Positions 10,607-21,314 of a stretch of 64,000 nucleotides of DNA are shown one piece after another. The DNA is from a virus (lineage: Duplodnaviria; Caudoviricetes). Location of the stretch: IMG/VR virus record IMGVR_UViG_3300047567_000025, positions 148,264-212,263 of that record; one strand, given 5' to 3'. Positions within the stretch are counted from its first letter, which is position 1; every line of letters starts with the position of its first letter. A model generated the notes under the pieces. That model ran no database searches, had not been told where the DNA came from, and worked only from the letters and a program-made list of their open reading frames with translations. A program made the position numbers and the translations under genes.

Positions 10607-12232
10607 ATGAAAGAGCCATCGAATAAGACACTCATGTACATGTTTGATCCAGATGAAGAGTACACCTACAATATTAAGCATGGAACAGTTTATCCTTATA
10701 ACGGTTTTCCAAAAGGACTATATGGAAGGAAATATAAAAAGACAAGATTCATACTCTGGGAGCCTATTCCGGAAGATATTATAATTAGGCATTATGGCTC
10801 ACAGATATTTGTTAATTTCTCTGCAGTTTTTCCAAATGATATTGAAGATCCAGCAATTCAATTGTTTCAGATGCGTGCTAAACGTGTTGATTTACAAAAT
10901 CTAATTTGTGAACAAATAAATTTCTTCACGGCATTATATGATGACGATAATGATCTAATAACATCAATGCTGATTGCAAAATATATAACTGATTCACAAA
11001 CATACACGATTGTCACGTTTGAAGATTTCTATATGAAATTATATGAGACATTATTCCCCGAGAGGACACTTGAGAAAATCAGAAAGATGGTAGATGAAAA
11101 TGATGTTGGCGATGATATCGTAGGATTGTTTCCATTAGACTTTCTCAGAGATGTATATATTGTATCTTTCATGATAAAAGTCATGCATATATACATTGAG
11201 CATTTCATTTTATCGACAGGCAATTCTCCTAAAGATTTATATGAATTATTTGCAAAAGCATTTACTTATATTATGAATTCTATTAATCCAAATATGTATG
11301 TGCTTTTGTATAACTATGTAAACAAGAGTGTTGCTCAGTCAATATCAAGCAATTCAAATATATATGATATGCAAGCTATAGATGGTGTTACTGCACCAAC
11401 TACATCGCAGGTTGTAATGAGAAAGATATTACTATGTGATGGTCTAATTAAATTAACATTTGCTTCGGCATGGGATAAAATTAATAAAAGACCAACATTT
11501 TCATGTGTAGGTCTTATCAAAGCAATTGTATCAAGAGCTGCTTTCCTAACAAGGAAAACACAATTGCGATTTTCATTAGTAAATGTTGATGACGTGTCAC
11601 AACTTCTCAGCGACAATATTAATTCAAATTCTCCTATTTCAATGATTAGATCTTTTAATCCCGGAGAATATAGCTGCATGTTAAAAGATTTAAATATTAT
11701 AATTGCACAAATTGCATTAGAAATAGATTTATCGCCCGTTGATTATTATCTTGAGAATATAGTACAGATCAACGATCTATCAAAAATGTTAATAGATCTT
11801 GTTCTGTATAACAAGTTTCATTCTTCTATATCGACAAATACATTGTCTATGAAGCAAAAATTTATCCTGCTACTTTATGTACGGCATCTAGTTATGAAAA
11901 TATACAATCTAACAGAAGAAGATACAAAAGGAAATCTTTTGATTAATATTTTAATGGCAAAGATTGTTTCACAAACAACGAAAACATTGACGCAGAAAGA
12001 CTTGAATGGTATCAAGAAATATATCAAGCTTAATAACTTGAAGAGTTACCTGCTTTCTGAGAAAAATACGAACATGTTTATTGAATCAATAATGCATTGT
12101 GTATTAGCATCATATACAATCGTAAATCATAACAGTGTAGAATTATTAGGAACACCATTACTATATGAATCAGGTAATATGACATTATCACTTTTGGATA
12201 TGGTTATCCAGTTATTCGAATTTATGAAATGA
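10607..12232 (+). CDS. Candidate promoter-specificity (sigma-like, phiKZ gp68/AR9 gp226-type) subunit of the non-virion RNAP
   Basis: 541 aa, largely helical pattern, directly upstream of beta'; the ORF is secure but the function is inferred. Confidence 0.4.
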   Translation: MKEPSNKTLMYMFDPDEEYTYNIKHGTVYPYNGFPKGLYGRKYKKTRFILWEPIPEDIIIRHYGSQIFVNFSAVFPNDIEDPAIQLFQMRAKRVDLQNLICEQINFFTALYDDDNDLITSMLIAKYITDSQTYTIVTFEDFYMKLYETLFPERTLEKIRKMVDENDVGDDIVGLFPLDFLRDVYIVSFMIKVMHIYIEHFILSTGNSPKDLYELFAKAFTYIMNSINPNMYVLLYNYVNKSVAQSISSNSNIYDMQAIDGVTAPTTSQVVMRKILLCDGLIKLTFASAWDKINKRPTFSCVGLIKAIVSRAAFLTRKTQLRFSLVNVDDVSQLLSDNINSNSPISMIRSFNPGEYSCMLKDLNIIIAQIALEIDLSPVDYYLENIVQINDLSKMLIDLVLYNKFHSSISTNTLSMKQKFILLLYVRHLVMKIYNLTEEDTKGNLLINILMAKIVSQTTKTLTQKDLNGIKKYIKLNNLKSYLLSEKNTNMFIESIMHCVLASYTIVNHNSVELLGTPLLYESGNMTLSLLDMVIQLFEFMK

Positions 12233-12258
12233 TTTAATGGGAAAACGGAGGAAGAAGA

Positions 12259-13638
12259 ATGAAATCAGTAAGATTTAATTATGAAGTCGAATATTTGGTT
12301 GATATGATTACAAATAATGGATTCCTCATTAAGAATGATGATAAATATTCACCAACAAATATTGACGCATTAATTAATTCATCAAATTTTATGGATTGCG
12401 AATATCGTTGTGATTGTGGTGCTTTTATCGGTCAAGACATTATTGGTCAGATCTGTCCTAAATGCCATTCGGAAATAGCATTGCACTCACTAAATTTTCA
12501 ATATACAGGATGGCTTAATCTAAGTCCACACAAAGTAATTTCGCCAATATATTACAATATGCTTAAACGAGTCCTTGGAGTAAATATGCTAAAGTTTATT
12601 CTTGGAGACTATAAAACTGATAATTCCGTACAGTATAACGAAAATGACGTTGACTTCGAAAATAATAAGAAGAATAAGAAGACTGGTAGAATATCACAGA
12701 ACGATATAGCTTATATACAGAAGAAGATACCTAAGTCAAAATATATGTATAAGGGTATTGGTCATGATGAATTCTGTAATCGCTTTGAAGAAATAATGAC
12801 AGCTTGTGCGCCTAAAAATAATGAAGAATTATCAATTCTTTTAAATGAAAAAGATGATGTATTTACATCGAAAATTCCTATATATTCAACAGCATTTCGA
12901 CCTGTATCAAAAACATCAGAGACAATGTTCTATCCAAAAATAAATAAATGGTTTTCTATGATGACATCGATATATTGCAAACTTGAGGATATGGTTCTCG
13001 ACATTGAAAAAATACAAGCATTAAATTTCATTCAAAACTATTGGATTGAAGCCGTCGATTATGTTATCAAAAATGAACTGTCTAAAAAGGATGGCTTTGT
13101 CCGTTCAGAAATAGTCGGAGGAACATTTTCGTTTTCTGCTAGATCAGTCATAATTCTTGACATATCACTGAATGCAGATGAAGTTGATTTGCCGCTATCG
13201 ATGGTCATGACAGCGTATCAATACAAAATAACACATCGTTTAGCTGTTAGATATAATATGACATTAGAGCAAGCATATTTGTTTGTGAATACAAATGAGA
13301 ATAATGAAATTGTTATGAAAATAATTGACGAGATAATCGCTGAAGAGCAGTGGATATTTATTCTTCGTGAGCCGACTGATAATCTCGCATCTATTGCACT
13401 TTGTAAAATACGTAATTACAAAGTCAATGATGATACAATTTCACTACCGCCTGAACCTTTATCAGGATTCAATGCAGATTTTGATGGAGATGCTTTAAAT
13501 CTAGCATTCTTACCGAAAGAAGTTGTTCCTGATTTTGAAGCATTTCACTATTCATGCATGACGAATTATGTAACTGAGAATATCAGTATTGATCTACTTT
13601 CATGGTGTGATATCTCATTAGGCAGAATGTCAGAATAA
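12259..13638 (+). CDS. rpoC: RNA polymerase beta' subunit, N-terminal half
   Basis: Zn ribbon CDCG...CPKC; FSARSVI; catalytic NADFDGD. Confidence 0.93.
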   Translation: MKSVRFNYEVEYLVDMITNNGFLIKNDDKYSPTNIDALINSSNFMDCEYRCDCGAFIGQDIIGQICPKCHSEIALHSLNFQYTGWLNLSPHKVISPIYYNMLKRVLGVNMLKFILGDYKTDNSVQYNENDVDFENNKKNKKTGRISQNDIAYIQKKIPKSKYMYKGIGHDEFCNRFEEIMTACAPKNNEELSILLNEKDDVFTSKIPIYSTAFRPVSKTSETMFYPKINKWFSMMTSIYCKLEDMVLDIEKIQALNFIQNYWIEAVDYVIKNELSKKDGFVRSEIVGGTFSFSARSVIILDISLNADEVDLPLSMVMTAYQYKITHRLAVRYNMTLEQAYLFVNTNENNEIVMKIIDEIIAEEQWIFILREPTDNLASIALCKIRNYKVNDDTISLPPEPLSGFNADFDGDALNLAFLPKEVVPDFEAFHYSCMTNYVTENISIDLLSWCDISLGRMSE

Positions 13639-13646
13639 TAAATCAT

Positions 13647-13681
13647 ATAGATATTGGGGCTAATATGCCCCAATATCTATA
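13647..13681. terminator. Intrinsic terminator
   Basis: ATAGATATTGGGGC / GCCCCAATATCTAT stem after rpoC. Confidence 0.75.
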
Positions 13682-13799
13682 ATTTCTAATATTTAAATAT
13701 AGCATTACAATTAATAAATTCATCATATATGTATTCGTATACCTGTATTATCGCTTTCACAACAGTAAATCAACATTATAGAAATAAGGAGGACTTACT

Positions 13800-14012
13800 A
13801 TGAAGCAAAATCATTATGGAAATATGTGTTGGTATTGCAGTAATAACGAATGCAAATTTATTTATACAAATAAATTACAAGAAGGGATGGAACTTGAAGA
13901 AGGATCAAAATACAGCCTGAAAAAATGTCCATATTTTATAAAGATGACAAAAACAAAGAAACAAAAAACAGAGTGGGTTAAGTCATTTAATGACTTACTT
14001 ATTATTCACTAA
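13800..14012 (+). CDS. Small Cys-rich hypothetical protein
   Basis: AAGGAGG RBS; CWYC...C...CPYF; terminator at ~14030-14058. Confidence 0.65.
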   Translation: MKQNHYGNMCWYCSNNECKFIYTNKLQEGMELEEGSKYSLKKCPYFIKMTKTKKQKTEWVKSFNDLLIIH

Positions 14013-14164
14013 TTAAAAAAACAATCATAAATAGGCTGATTTATTTAATCAGCCTATTTTTTTTATTTGATATAATAAACCTATTAATATATTTGGATGA
14101 GTTAAACAATAAATCATTATAAAAATATCCAAATATAATAGTAACGATTAATATTATTATAATT

Positions 14165-14250
14165 GCCTTTGTGGTGGAATTGGCAGACACGAGGGACTTA
14201 AAATCCCTTGATTTGATATCATACCGGTTCGAGTCCGGTCAAAGGCACCA
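14165..14250 (+). tRNA. trnL: tRNA-Leu (anticodon TAA)
   Basis: GCCTTTG/CAAAGGC acceptor stem with encoded CCA; D-loop TGGCAGAC; AGGGA-CTTAAAA-TCCCT anticodon arm; long variable arm; GGTTCGAGTCC. Confidence 0.95.
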
Positions 14251-14575
14251 GATGTTTTGATGGTACGCTTTCTCAGTATTAAAAAGCGGCTGAATTATTT
14301 GTCTCTGGAACGGTAATTCGTATATAGTTATTATTAAACGATTAATACAGATCATTAGTATAAATCTATTGTTCGACTTTAACCAGATAAAGCGTGTATT
14401 GAAATACAATAGTTATTCAACATATGTTATTATAGACTAATTCCAGATGGATTAAAATTGTATATGTGGGATTAGGAGTGACTTAACGATTTAGTTTGAT
14501 ATATATAGTCTTAATAAGTCATAAAGTATGAAATTAGGATTATAATAACATTACGTTGAACAATAAAAAGACATT
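14251..14575 (+). ncRNA. Candidate structured non-coding RNA
   Basis: No long ORF; multiple complementary segments; ends at a strong terminator (14577-14609). Confidence 0.4.
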
Positions 14576-14897
14576 TTATAATTGGAGCCCATATGGGCTC
14601 CAATTATAATGTTTTTTATTATTTTGAATCTTTAAATATATATTATTAATATGAATAATAATCGAGCAAGAATACATAAATATGAAAGAAGGTGTTATTA
14701 TGAATGAAATTAGTGAAATTGTCATTATTGACACAACAGATTCAATCATTATAAATGATTAATTTTTAAATACTTTCCAAAACAGCATAAACCAACTTGC
14801 TCGATTATTATATAATAAGTAAAATATTTAAATATAATAAATTTATTATTAAAGCAATCACAGAGCTGTATACAATCTGTGAAGAAAGAGGTATATT

Positions 14898-15269
14898 ATG
14901 ATGCAAGACTTTAAAACAATTGATGAATTCGTACGGTTCCTCGAAACAGTTCCAGCAGGCCTATTCACAAGTGAATCATCATATGAATCATTAGATGATG
15001 ATGACTCTTCTGATGATGCATTTGACGATTGTTGTCATTCATGTGCAACACTCTCATGTTGGCCGAAGTCATATAACGATCCGACAATCGATCAGATCGA
15101 TTATACATGTTGCTCATTGTTTATCCTCGGAAATGGAAAATGTAATTGGAATAATATAAACAAAATCCGCGAATATGGTTATGAAGTGCGTGCTGGCGAG
15201 GAGGATAGCTTCAGTTGGTTGACCGGTATATTGGAATTCCCAGACGGTCGTCAGGTTGTATATGGTTAA
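14898..15269 (+). CDS. Hypothetical protein
   Basis: 123 aa; leader and RBS nearly identical to those of the 2441 gene. Confidence 0.75.
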   Translation: MMQDFKTIDEFVRFLETVPAGLFTSESSYESLDDDDSSDDAFDDCCHSCATLSCWPKSYNDPTIDQIDYTCCSLFILGNGKCNWNNINKIREYGYEVRAGEEDSFSWLTGILEFPDGRQVVYG

Positions 15270-15303
15270 GAGGTGATGTCATATAAATAAGAAAATAAGC
15301 AAT

Positions 15304-16827
15304 ATGTTGTCAAGATTTCCAATGTGTCTTATGTGCATATTGGCTATCATGTCCAGTACTGCAATAGGAATTGTCATTAGCAAAATTAACTTGATGGAAT
15401 CCAAAATATCTCAGTTGTTCACAGTAGAAACCCTGATAAATCTGTTTCTGTTATATGTGTTAACCCATGCTTTAGAGATCTTTTTGAAGGTATTTCAAAA
15501 AGGCTTTAGTATGAAAGTTACGAATAATTGCTATTTGAAGTATTTTGACAGAATCTCAAAATCGTCAATAGCTGATATTCAACGAGTATCAACCGGTAAA
15601 ATATTCGATGCTGTCAACGACATTTCCAAGCATACCGGTGATATCTTTTCGGAAATGATTACAATCATGCCAACCATAGTCCCGTTTGGTGTATTGATTT
15701 ATAAACTTGGAAAGGTTTCAATAATATCAGCATTGATAACGGTTGTTGACATTATTGTATCGCTCGTCATGATAATGATGACTGATAAGATGTTCAGTTT
15801 CGATACGGAGGCAAAGAAATATAAAGCAAAATTGTCAGGTGTCACTGTTGATAATTTTATGAATATCAAAACCCTGAAATACTTAGGGAAATTTAGTTTT
15901 GGTTATTCAAGGTTGAAGAACCAACAACAAGAAACATATCCATATTTTGTCAATAGTGGAAAGATACTCTTTTGGCAATTAATAGATATCGTGATGATAA
16001 CACCGCTGATTATAAATATTTATATAAGTCGTGGTGATACTAATATGATAGCTTTTATACTTTTGAGCAATTATACAATTGATAATACAACTGGCTATTT
16101 ATGTAATATAGCTGATTTGATTATCGAAAGAAATGCAGCGTTATCTGTCATCAAAGACATCGATGGTTCTGATATGGAAAAACCAAAATCGATGCCAGAC
16201 GTATTGAAGCTACATAATATGGGATTCAACTACGGAAAAGATTCGACACATTTCTATATTGAAGATCTTGAATTCAGGAAAGGTGAAAGATATCATGTCA
16301 CTGGTGAATCTGGTCAGGGTAAATCTTCATTAGCTAATCTGATAGTTGGTGCTATCAAACCAACAAATGGAAAAATTGATAAAATCAAAACATTTTATGT
16401 ATACCAAGAAACTGAATGTTTTGATGATACATTACGAAACAATATCAAGTTCTATGATGATTCAATATCCGATCTTGAAATACTGAAACTCTTCGACGAA
16501 TGCAATATGCTGGATTGGTATTACTCATTGAAAGATGGGCTTGATACGGTAATGGGTGAAAGAGGATTCAAGCTATCATCTGGTCAGAAGCAGCGTATCA
16601 ATATTATACGTGCGATTCTGCGTATGAGAGAAATGAATGATGAGTTCATTATTCTTGATGAGATTACGTCGAACTTGGATACTGAAACTGAAAAGCTTGC
16701 TATTGATCTTATCGACAAGAATTGTAAAGGAACACTGATGGTTATATCACATCATGGTGACTTTGCTAATATATGTCGGAACCACATTGAGGTTGTTGAG
16801 CATAAATTCATTCAAGCAAAATCATAG
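15304..16827 (+). CDS. ABC transporter, fused permease plus ATPase
   Basis: N-terminal TM helices; Walker A GESGQGKS; signature LSSGQKQR; Walker B IILDE; H-loop ISH. Confidence 0.9.
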   Translation: MLSRFPMCLMCILAIMSSTAIGIVISKINLMESKISQLFTVETLINLFLLYVLTHALEIFLKVFQKGFSMKVTNNCYLKYFDRISKSSIADIQRVSTGKIFDAVNDISKHTGDIFSEMITIMPTIVPFGVLIYKLGKVSIISALITVVDIIVSLVMIMMTDKMFSFDTEAKKYKAKLSGVTVDNFMNIKTLKYLGKFSFGYSRLKNQQQETYPYFVNSGKILFWQLIDIVMITPLIINIYISRGDTNMIAFILLSNYTIDNTTGYLCNIADLIIERNAALSVIKDIDGSDMEKPKSMPDVLKLHNMGFNYGKDSTHFYIEDLEFRKGERYHVTGESGQGKSSLANLIVGAIKPTNGKIDKIKTFYVYQETECFDDTLRNNIKFYDDSISDLEILKLFDECNMLDWYYSLKDGLDTVMGERGFKLSSGQKQRINIIRAILRMREMNDEFIILDEITSNLDTETEKLAIDLIDKNCKGTLMVISHHGDFANICRNHIEVVEHKFIQAKS

Positions 16828-16910
16828 AAATAAACGGGTCTTTAAAGACCCGTTTAAATAATATTAACGTTTCATGGTATTATATAAATCCATGAGGAAG
16901 GAATTTAAAA

Positions 16911-17876
16911 ATGTTATACGCTTACAAAATTCTCACAGGAAAAGAAAAAATCAAAAAAATCGACTTTATCAACGGTATTGATCCTACTCGTTATGTTGTA
17001 ACCAATACAGGATACGTTATCGATGATAAAAGAGGAGTACTAAAGACAGCAAAAAGTGCAAATGGTATACCTGTCATGTCGAATGCTGTATATCTATGTA
17101 CTGTCGACAATAAATATGTTGAATGTTCAACAGCATATATAGTCGCTAAGGCATTCATACCGGTGCCTAAATATATTAGCGAAAAATATTTGATTGCTCA
17201 TGTTAAATCATGCAATGAGCAAGAATGCTATAATGTAAATAATATATGCTGGGATATAGATTACTCATATTTCATCGATGACAAATCACTATTGACAAAG
17301 ACACGCCTACTAATATCTGCAGATGAGCTTCCAGACATTATAGCAGCTATTAAGACATCTTTTAATAATGGTGAATTTAATATGTCACACATTGCAAATA
17401 AACTAAATTGCAGTCGTAGTAAAGTAGTAACAATATTACACTGTAAAAAATTACATCCTGAGTTGGATAAACTTCGTGAAATGTATATGATGAATAGAAG
17501 AGCATGCGGCGTTCGTTATTCATTTACGATACCTGAAATTGAGGAGATGTGCAAATCTTTAGCAAATAATGAAAAGATTTCAGACGCCATCAGAGAAGTT
17601 AATGAAAAAGGTATATCTGTAAGCATCAAATATATGTCGTTGCTTAGAAAGAAAATCATATGCACTGATATATCAGACAACTTCTTTGGATATGAAAATG
17701 CATATAATCCTCCAATAGAAGAATATGATGATATAACAGGTGATAAACTGATGGAATATGCCTCATTGGAGGAACTATCATATGTATCATGCTTACGTCG
17801 AGATTTGATATACAGTCACATCATGCACAAATATCCATATAACGGCGTTATATGGGTAATCAAAGATAATGAATAA
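16911..17876 (+). CDS. Degenerate NUMOD4/HNH homing-endonuclease-like protein
   Basis: YVVTNTGYV (NUMOD4-like); YIVAKAFIPVP (cf. HRLVAxAFIPNP); NVNNICW (cf. NLEW); NUMOD1-like C-terminus. Confidence 0.55.
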   Translation: MLYAYKILTGKEKIKKIDFINGIDPTRYVVTNTGYVIDDKRGVLKTAKSANGIPVMSNAVYLCTVDNKYVECSTAYIVAKAFIPVPKYISEKYLIAHVKSCNEQECYNVNNICWDIDYSYFIDDKSLLTKTRLLISADELPDIIAAIKTSFNNGEFNMSHIANKLNCSRSKVVTILHCKKLHPELDKLREMYMMNRRACGVRYSFTIPEIEEMCKSLANNEKISDAIREVNEKGISVSIKYMSLLRKKIICTDISDNFFGYENAYNPPIEEYDDITGDKLMEYASLEELSYVSCLRRDLIYSHIMHKYPYNGVIWVIKDNE

Positions 17877-17942
17877 TATGAGATTAATTATTAAAAAATA
17901 AAATAAAAAATAGTGGGGCATTAATGCCCCACTTTATTTTTT

Positions 17943-19259
17943 TTATTCTGATATATAATCATCTATATCAAATGGATTAATTTTTCCCGCATTATCAGGA
18001 GCTTTAGAAACTATCTTCAAAAGCTCTTCTTTCGCTGTTTTCATAAAGATTTTCATTGTAGCTGGGTTTTCATTAAAGTCTTGATAAACAGTTTTCCATG
18101 AAAACTTCTCTGATATTGGTTCACCTTTATCATCAATAACACGAAATCCTGCTTTATTACCTTTGAGACGTCCTTTGTTATTAAGGAACAATATCAATGA
18201 ACGAATATTATCAGCACCATTTTCACGTTTATCAATTACAATTTGAAATCCCAAACCAGAACGTATATTTCCGCTTTCGCTTGTCGAAGACTTTGTTGGT
18301 TCAAATAAAACAGTATTGCCTTCAAATCCATCAATTTGTGTATGATATCGTGAGTCTTCTGATGTTTCTGCAGAAAGATTAATTACACCAGACGCATTAT
18401 ATTCAAGAGCTTTTCCTCCCGCGATTTTTTCATCATGTGCACCATACTGAAATTGCTTCTTTACACCAAATGGTCCTGAGATAACTGATGATTTATGAGA
18501 AATTACTAAAAACATTATATTTGCTTCTTTCGTCATAGGTAATATATCTCCTAAGAAGTTTCGCAGCGTCTTGGCATATTGTGCACCTGCCATATTTGAT
18601 CTGAGTTCATCAATACCATCTATAGATTTTTTATCACATAAATCATATTCTTTTGCAATGACATCTGATATCGAATCTAAGAATACTATTGTCGGAGGCA
18701 TGAGCTTTATTGGTTTATTGTGTGAGTCTCGACAACCTGTATCAGTTAGAAGTTTATCTCTATATTTACATTTTGTCTGCCATATTTCTGCTATATCATT
18801 TTGCAATGTGTCGTAACCAATTGCTCCACTTCTCAGTTTATAACGCGGACAATCTTCGTCGAACCATGAATCTGGTAATTTAGATAATGTCCTTGCACGC
18901 TGAACAACTAAACGATTCTCAGCATCATAGTGGTATATATTTCCATTATATTTATATGCTATATTAGAGCATATTTGTATTCCTATTGTAGATTTGAATG
19001 TCTGTGTTGCTCCGGCAATAACATTAAAAGTGCCTGCTTGTAAGCCTGTGCATAAACGTTTGTCTATTATTGTGCCAGTATCATCTTTGATATTGATTTC
19101 ATATCCGAAAGCATAATCAATAAGCGATATTCCTGTTGGATATGAATAATCAATCATATCATTCTTTTTAAAAATATTACTTGATCCACCATTTGACAGT
19201 ATTGTCATTAAATCAGCGTCTTCAAGTTCTGACTCGAGTAAACATTTTGCTTTTGCCAT
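17943..19259 (-). CDS. recA: RecA/UvsX-like recombinase
   Basis: YPTGISLID; P-loop GATQTFKST; VFLDSI; AGGKALEYNAS. Confidence 0.85.
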   Translation of the reverse strand: MAKAKCLLESELEDADLMTILSNGGSSNIFKKNDMIDYSYPTGISLIDYAFGYEINIKDDTGTIIDKRLCTGLQAGTFNVIAGATQTFKSTIGIQICSNIAYKYNGNIYHYDAENRLVVQRARTLSKLPDSWFDEDCPRYKLRSGAIGYDTLQNDIAEIWQTKCKYRDKLLTDTGCRDSHNKPIKLMPPTIVFLDSISDVIAKEYDLCDKKSIDGIDELRSNMAGAQYAKTLRNFLGDILPMTKEANIMFLVISHKSSVISGPFGVKKQFQYGAHDEKIAGGKALEYNASGVINLSAETSEDSRYHTQIDGFEGNTVLFEPTKSSTSESGNIRSGLGFQIVIDKRENGADNIRSLILFLNNKGRLKGNKAGFRVIDDKGEPISEKFSWKTVYQDFNENPATMKIFMKTAKEELLKIVSKAPDNAGKINPFDIDDYISE

Positions 19260-19282
19260 TTAAAATTCCTCCTAAATATTCA

Positions 19283-20242
19283 TTATTCAGATGCGCGATC
19301 CTTTGAAATATATCCTAATATATCAAATTCTTTTACATATTTCATCGATGTTAACATCTGAACAATGTCATATGCTTCTACAAAAATATCATAAGATTCG
19401 TTGTCACTAACAATTGCACCAATATCACGCCTGATTGTGTAATTGTCATTATTAATATCACATCCTTTTATATTAGGAATCCACATGCCTGACCTGCGTG
19501 CATATATTGGTGTCAGTCTATATTTGTCGATGAATCCTGCTCTATTTTTGTAAGCATTGTATCCTCTGTTATATTTTATGATATCACTTAATTTATATAT
19601 ATTTGCAATAATTTCGTCAATAAACTTTTCAAGATACTCTGCTAAAGTCGTTTGTGACTCATTCGAACCAGTCATACCATTTTGCTCCCATGTCAAGCAT
19701 ATCTTATTTTCACAATAGTTTGATGCATATTTCTTGATAGTACCAAAGTTACAATCACGTACACAGCAATTTATGTTACAGGAATCGCACCATTTGAGTA
19801 TATCAAAAAGATGATTTTGATCACTGTCAAGAAGGAACGTTGAACGAATTATTGGAGAGCAGTGCATATCAATTATAATGTCACTGTTGTCAATAACATT
19901 TTTGATATTTTCTCTTACAGCAGCATTGTTATTCGGATTTTCATCAATCCATCCGCGATTTAAATCATTCATGTTTGTATTTGGTATTGGTACATCACGG
20001 CAATTTTGAGTCATTCCAGCATAGTTCGCACATGGAAGTATCGTCAATTGTGATATATTATTACCAGGAAAACCTTTACGGGTTTTATTTTTAAATGATT
20101 CATTTAACATGTTAGCCATACTAATAGTGCCCATTTCATTACCATGAACACCTGCAATAATTCCAAGTCTTATCGGTGTTGTCGATGATGTTGCATCATT
20201 CATTTCAGTCGTTAATAATTCATATTGATATACATTATGCAT
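19283..20242 (-). CDS. M14-family zinc carboxypeptidase / succinylglutamate desuccinylase-like protein
   Basis: GVHGNE, DLNRGW and IDMH motifs. Confidence 0.8.
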   Translation of the reverse strand: MHNVYQYELLTTEMNDATSSTTPIRLGIIAGVHGNEMGTISMANMLNESFKNKTRKGFPGNNISQLTILPCANYAGMTQNCRDVPIPNTNMNDLNRGWIDENPNNNAAVRENIKNVIDNSDIIIDMHCSPIIRSTFLLDSDQNHLFDILKWCDSCNINCCVRDCNFGTIKKYASNYCENKICLTWEQNGMTGSNESQTTLAEYLEKFIDEIIANIYKLSDIIKYNRGYNAYKNRAGFIDKYRLTPIYARRSGMWIPNIKGCDINNDNYTIRRDIGAIVSDNESYDIFVEAYDIVQMLTSMKYVKEFDILGYISKDRASE

Positions 20243-20246
20243 AATA

Positions 20247-21314
20247 TTACTCCTTATTTATTTTATCATCATATTCATGTATCTCTTTTGATGTATCAAT
20301 ATCATATTTGTCAGAAATATATGATATTAATGATTGTATGGGTTCTTCTATTTGATTTGCTACTGAGCTTGATATTGATTCTACATCAGCTTCATTATCA
20401 CAATTAGTATTAACAGTATCTGAGAGTATTTGATACTTGAGATTCTGATTTTTCTTATTTGTATTCATTATTGCATGATATGTTTCGAGATCTTCATTCG
20501 GTGCATGTATTATAAATCTATGCGGAGTTGTGATATTAGTTGATATGATATCTCGTAATTCTTCTGGATTCTTAATATCAATGGTTTTGTATTCAAGTGC
20601 TATGGGATTTGGAAATGTCTCAACTTCAAAGTTATCATTACAAAAGAAAAATCTACGAGGTTCGTCTTCACCATATTGCCATCGTAACCACGGCCCAGCA
20701 TAGAAAACATTCTTTCCAAAGTCGGTATAACCATGATAATGCCCAAATACGCATATCTTTGATATATCACCTAATAGAGTCGCAGAATGTGTTATTTCGC
20801 GGGGAGAAGATTTACATGGTGACTTGCTATCAGAAGACATAGGGCCATGACCAACGATAATATCATATTTTTTATCAAAATATTTTGCATAATCATCGTC
20901 GCCATATTGTGGAAGATATAATATCTTCACATCATTTCGTAATTTACCGATACATACTTCTTTTGTATAAAATATTTCAGTATTATCAATTCTTTCAAGT
21001 ATCGGCATAAACACTTTATATTGTTCGTAATCATGTGTGTATGTACCATGTATAAAATGAACAGGTACATGTGTCCTTCCATTTCGACCACAATTATTAC
21101 AAACAAGATTCAATAGAAAGATGCTCGCATGTCGAGCATCTTCTATTGAAAGTTTATAATCGAATAAGTCACCACATACGAATATGCAGTGACACTCTTC
21201 TTTATGATTTTTAATTATGCTTAGGAACATATCAAGGGACTTCAGATAATCATTTGGATTTAATTTAGCAGCTCCAAGATGAGTATCAGCCATAAACGCA
21301 TACAATATTATCAC
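20247..21314 (-). CDS. sbcD: SbcD/Mre11-like nuclease
   Basis: ADTHLG, GDLFD, GTYTHD, GHYH motifs, plus WQYGEDE. Confidence 0.85.
   Translation of the reverse strand: MIILYAFMADTHLGAAKLNPNDYLKSLDMFLSIIKNHKEECHCIFVCGDLFDYKLSIEDARHASIFLLNLVCNNCGRNGRTHVPVHFIHGTYTHDYEQYKVFMPILERIDNTEIFYTKEVCIGKLRNDVKILYLPQYGDDDYAKYFDKKYDIIVGHGPMSSDSKSPCKSSPREITHSATLLGDISKICVFGHYHGYTDFGKNVFYAGPWLRWQYGEDEPRRFFFCNDNFEVETFPNPIALEYKTIDIKNPEELRDIISTNITTPHRFIIHAPNEDLETYHAIMNTNKKNQNLKYQILSDTVNTNCDNEADVESISSSVANQIEEPIQSLISYISDKYDIDTSKEIHEYDDKINKE

Noticed and set aside
14251-14575. tmRNA or RNase P RNA
   Set aside because: No tRNA-like ends or CCA, and no RNase P P4 consensus seen.
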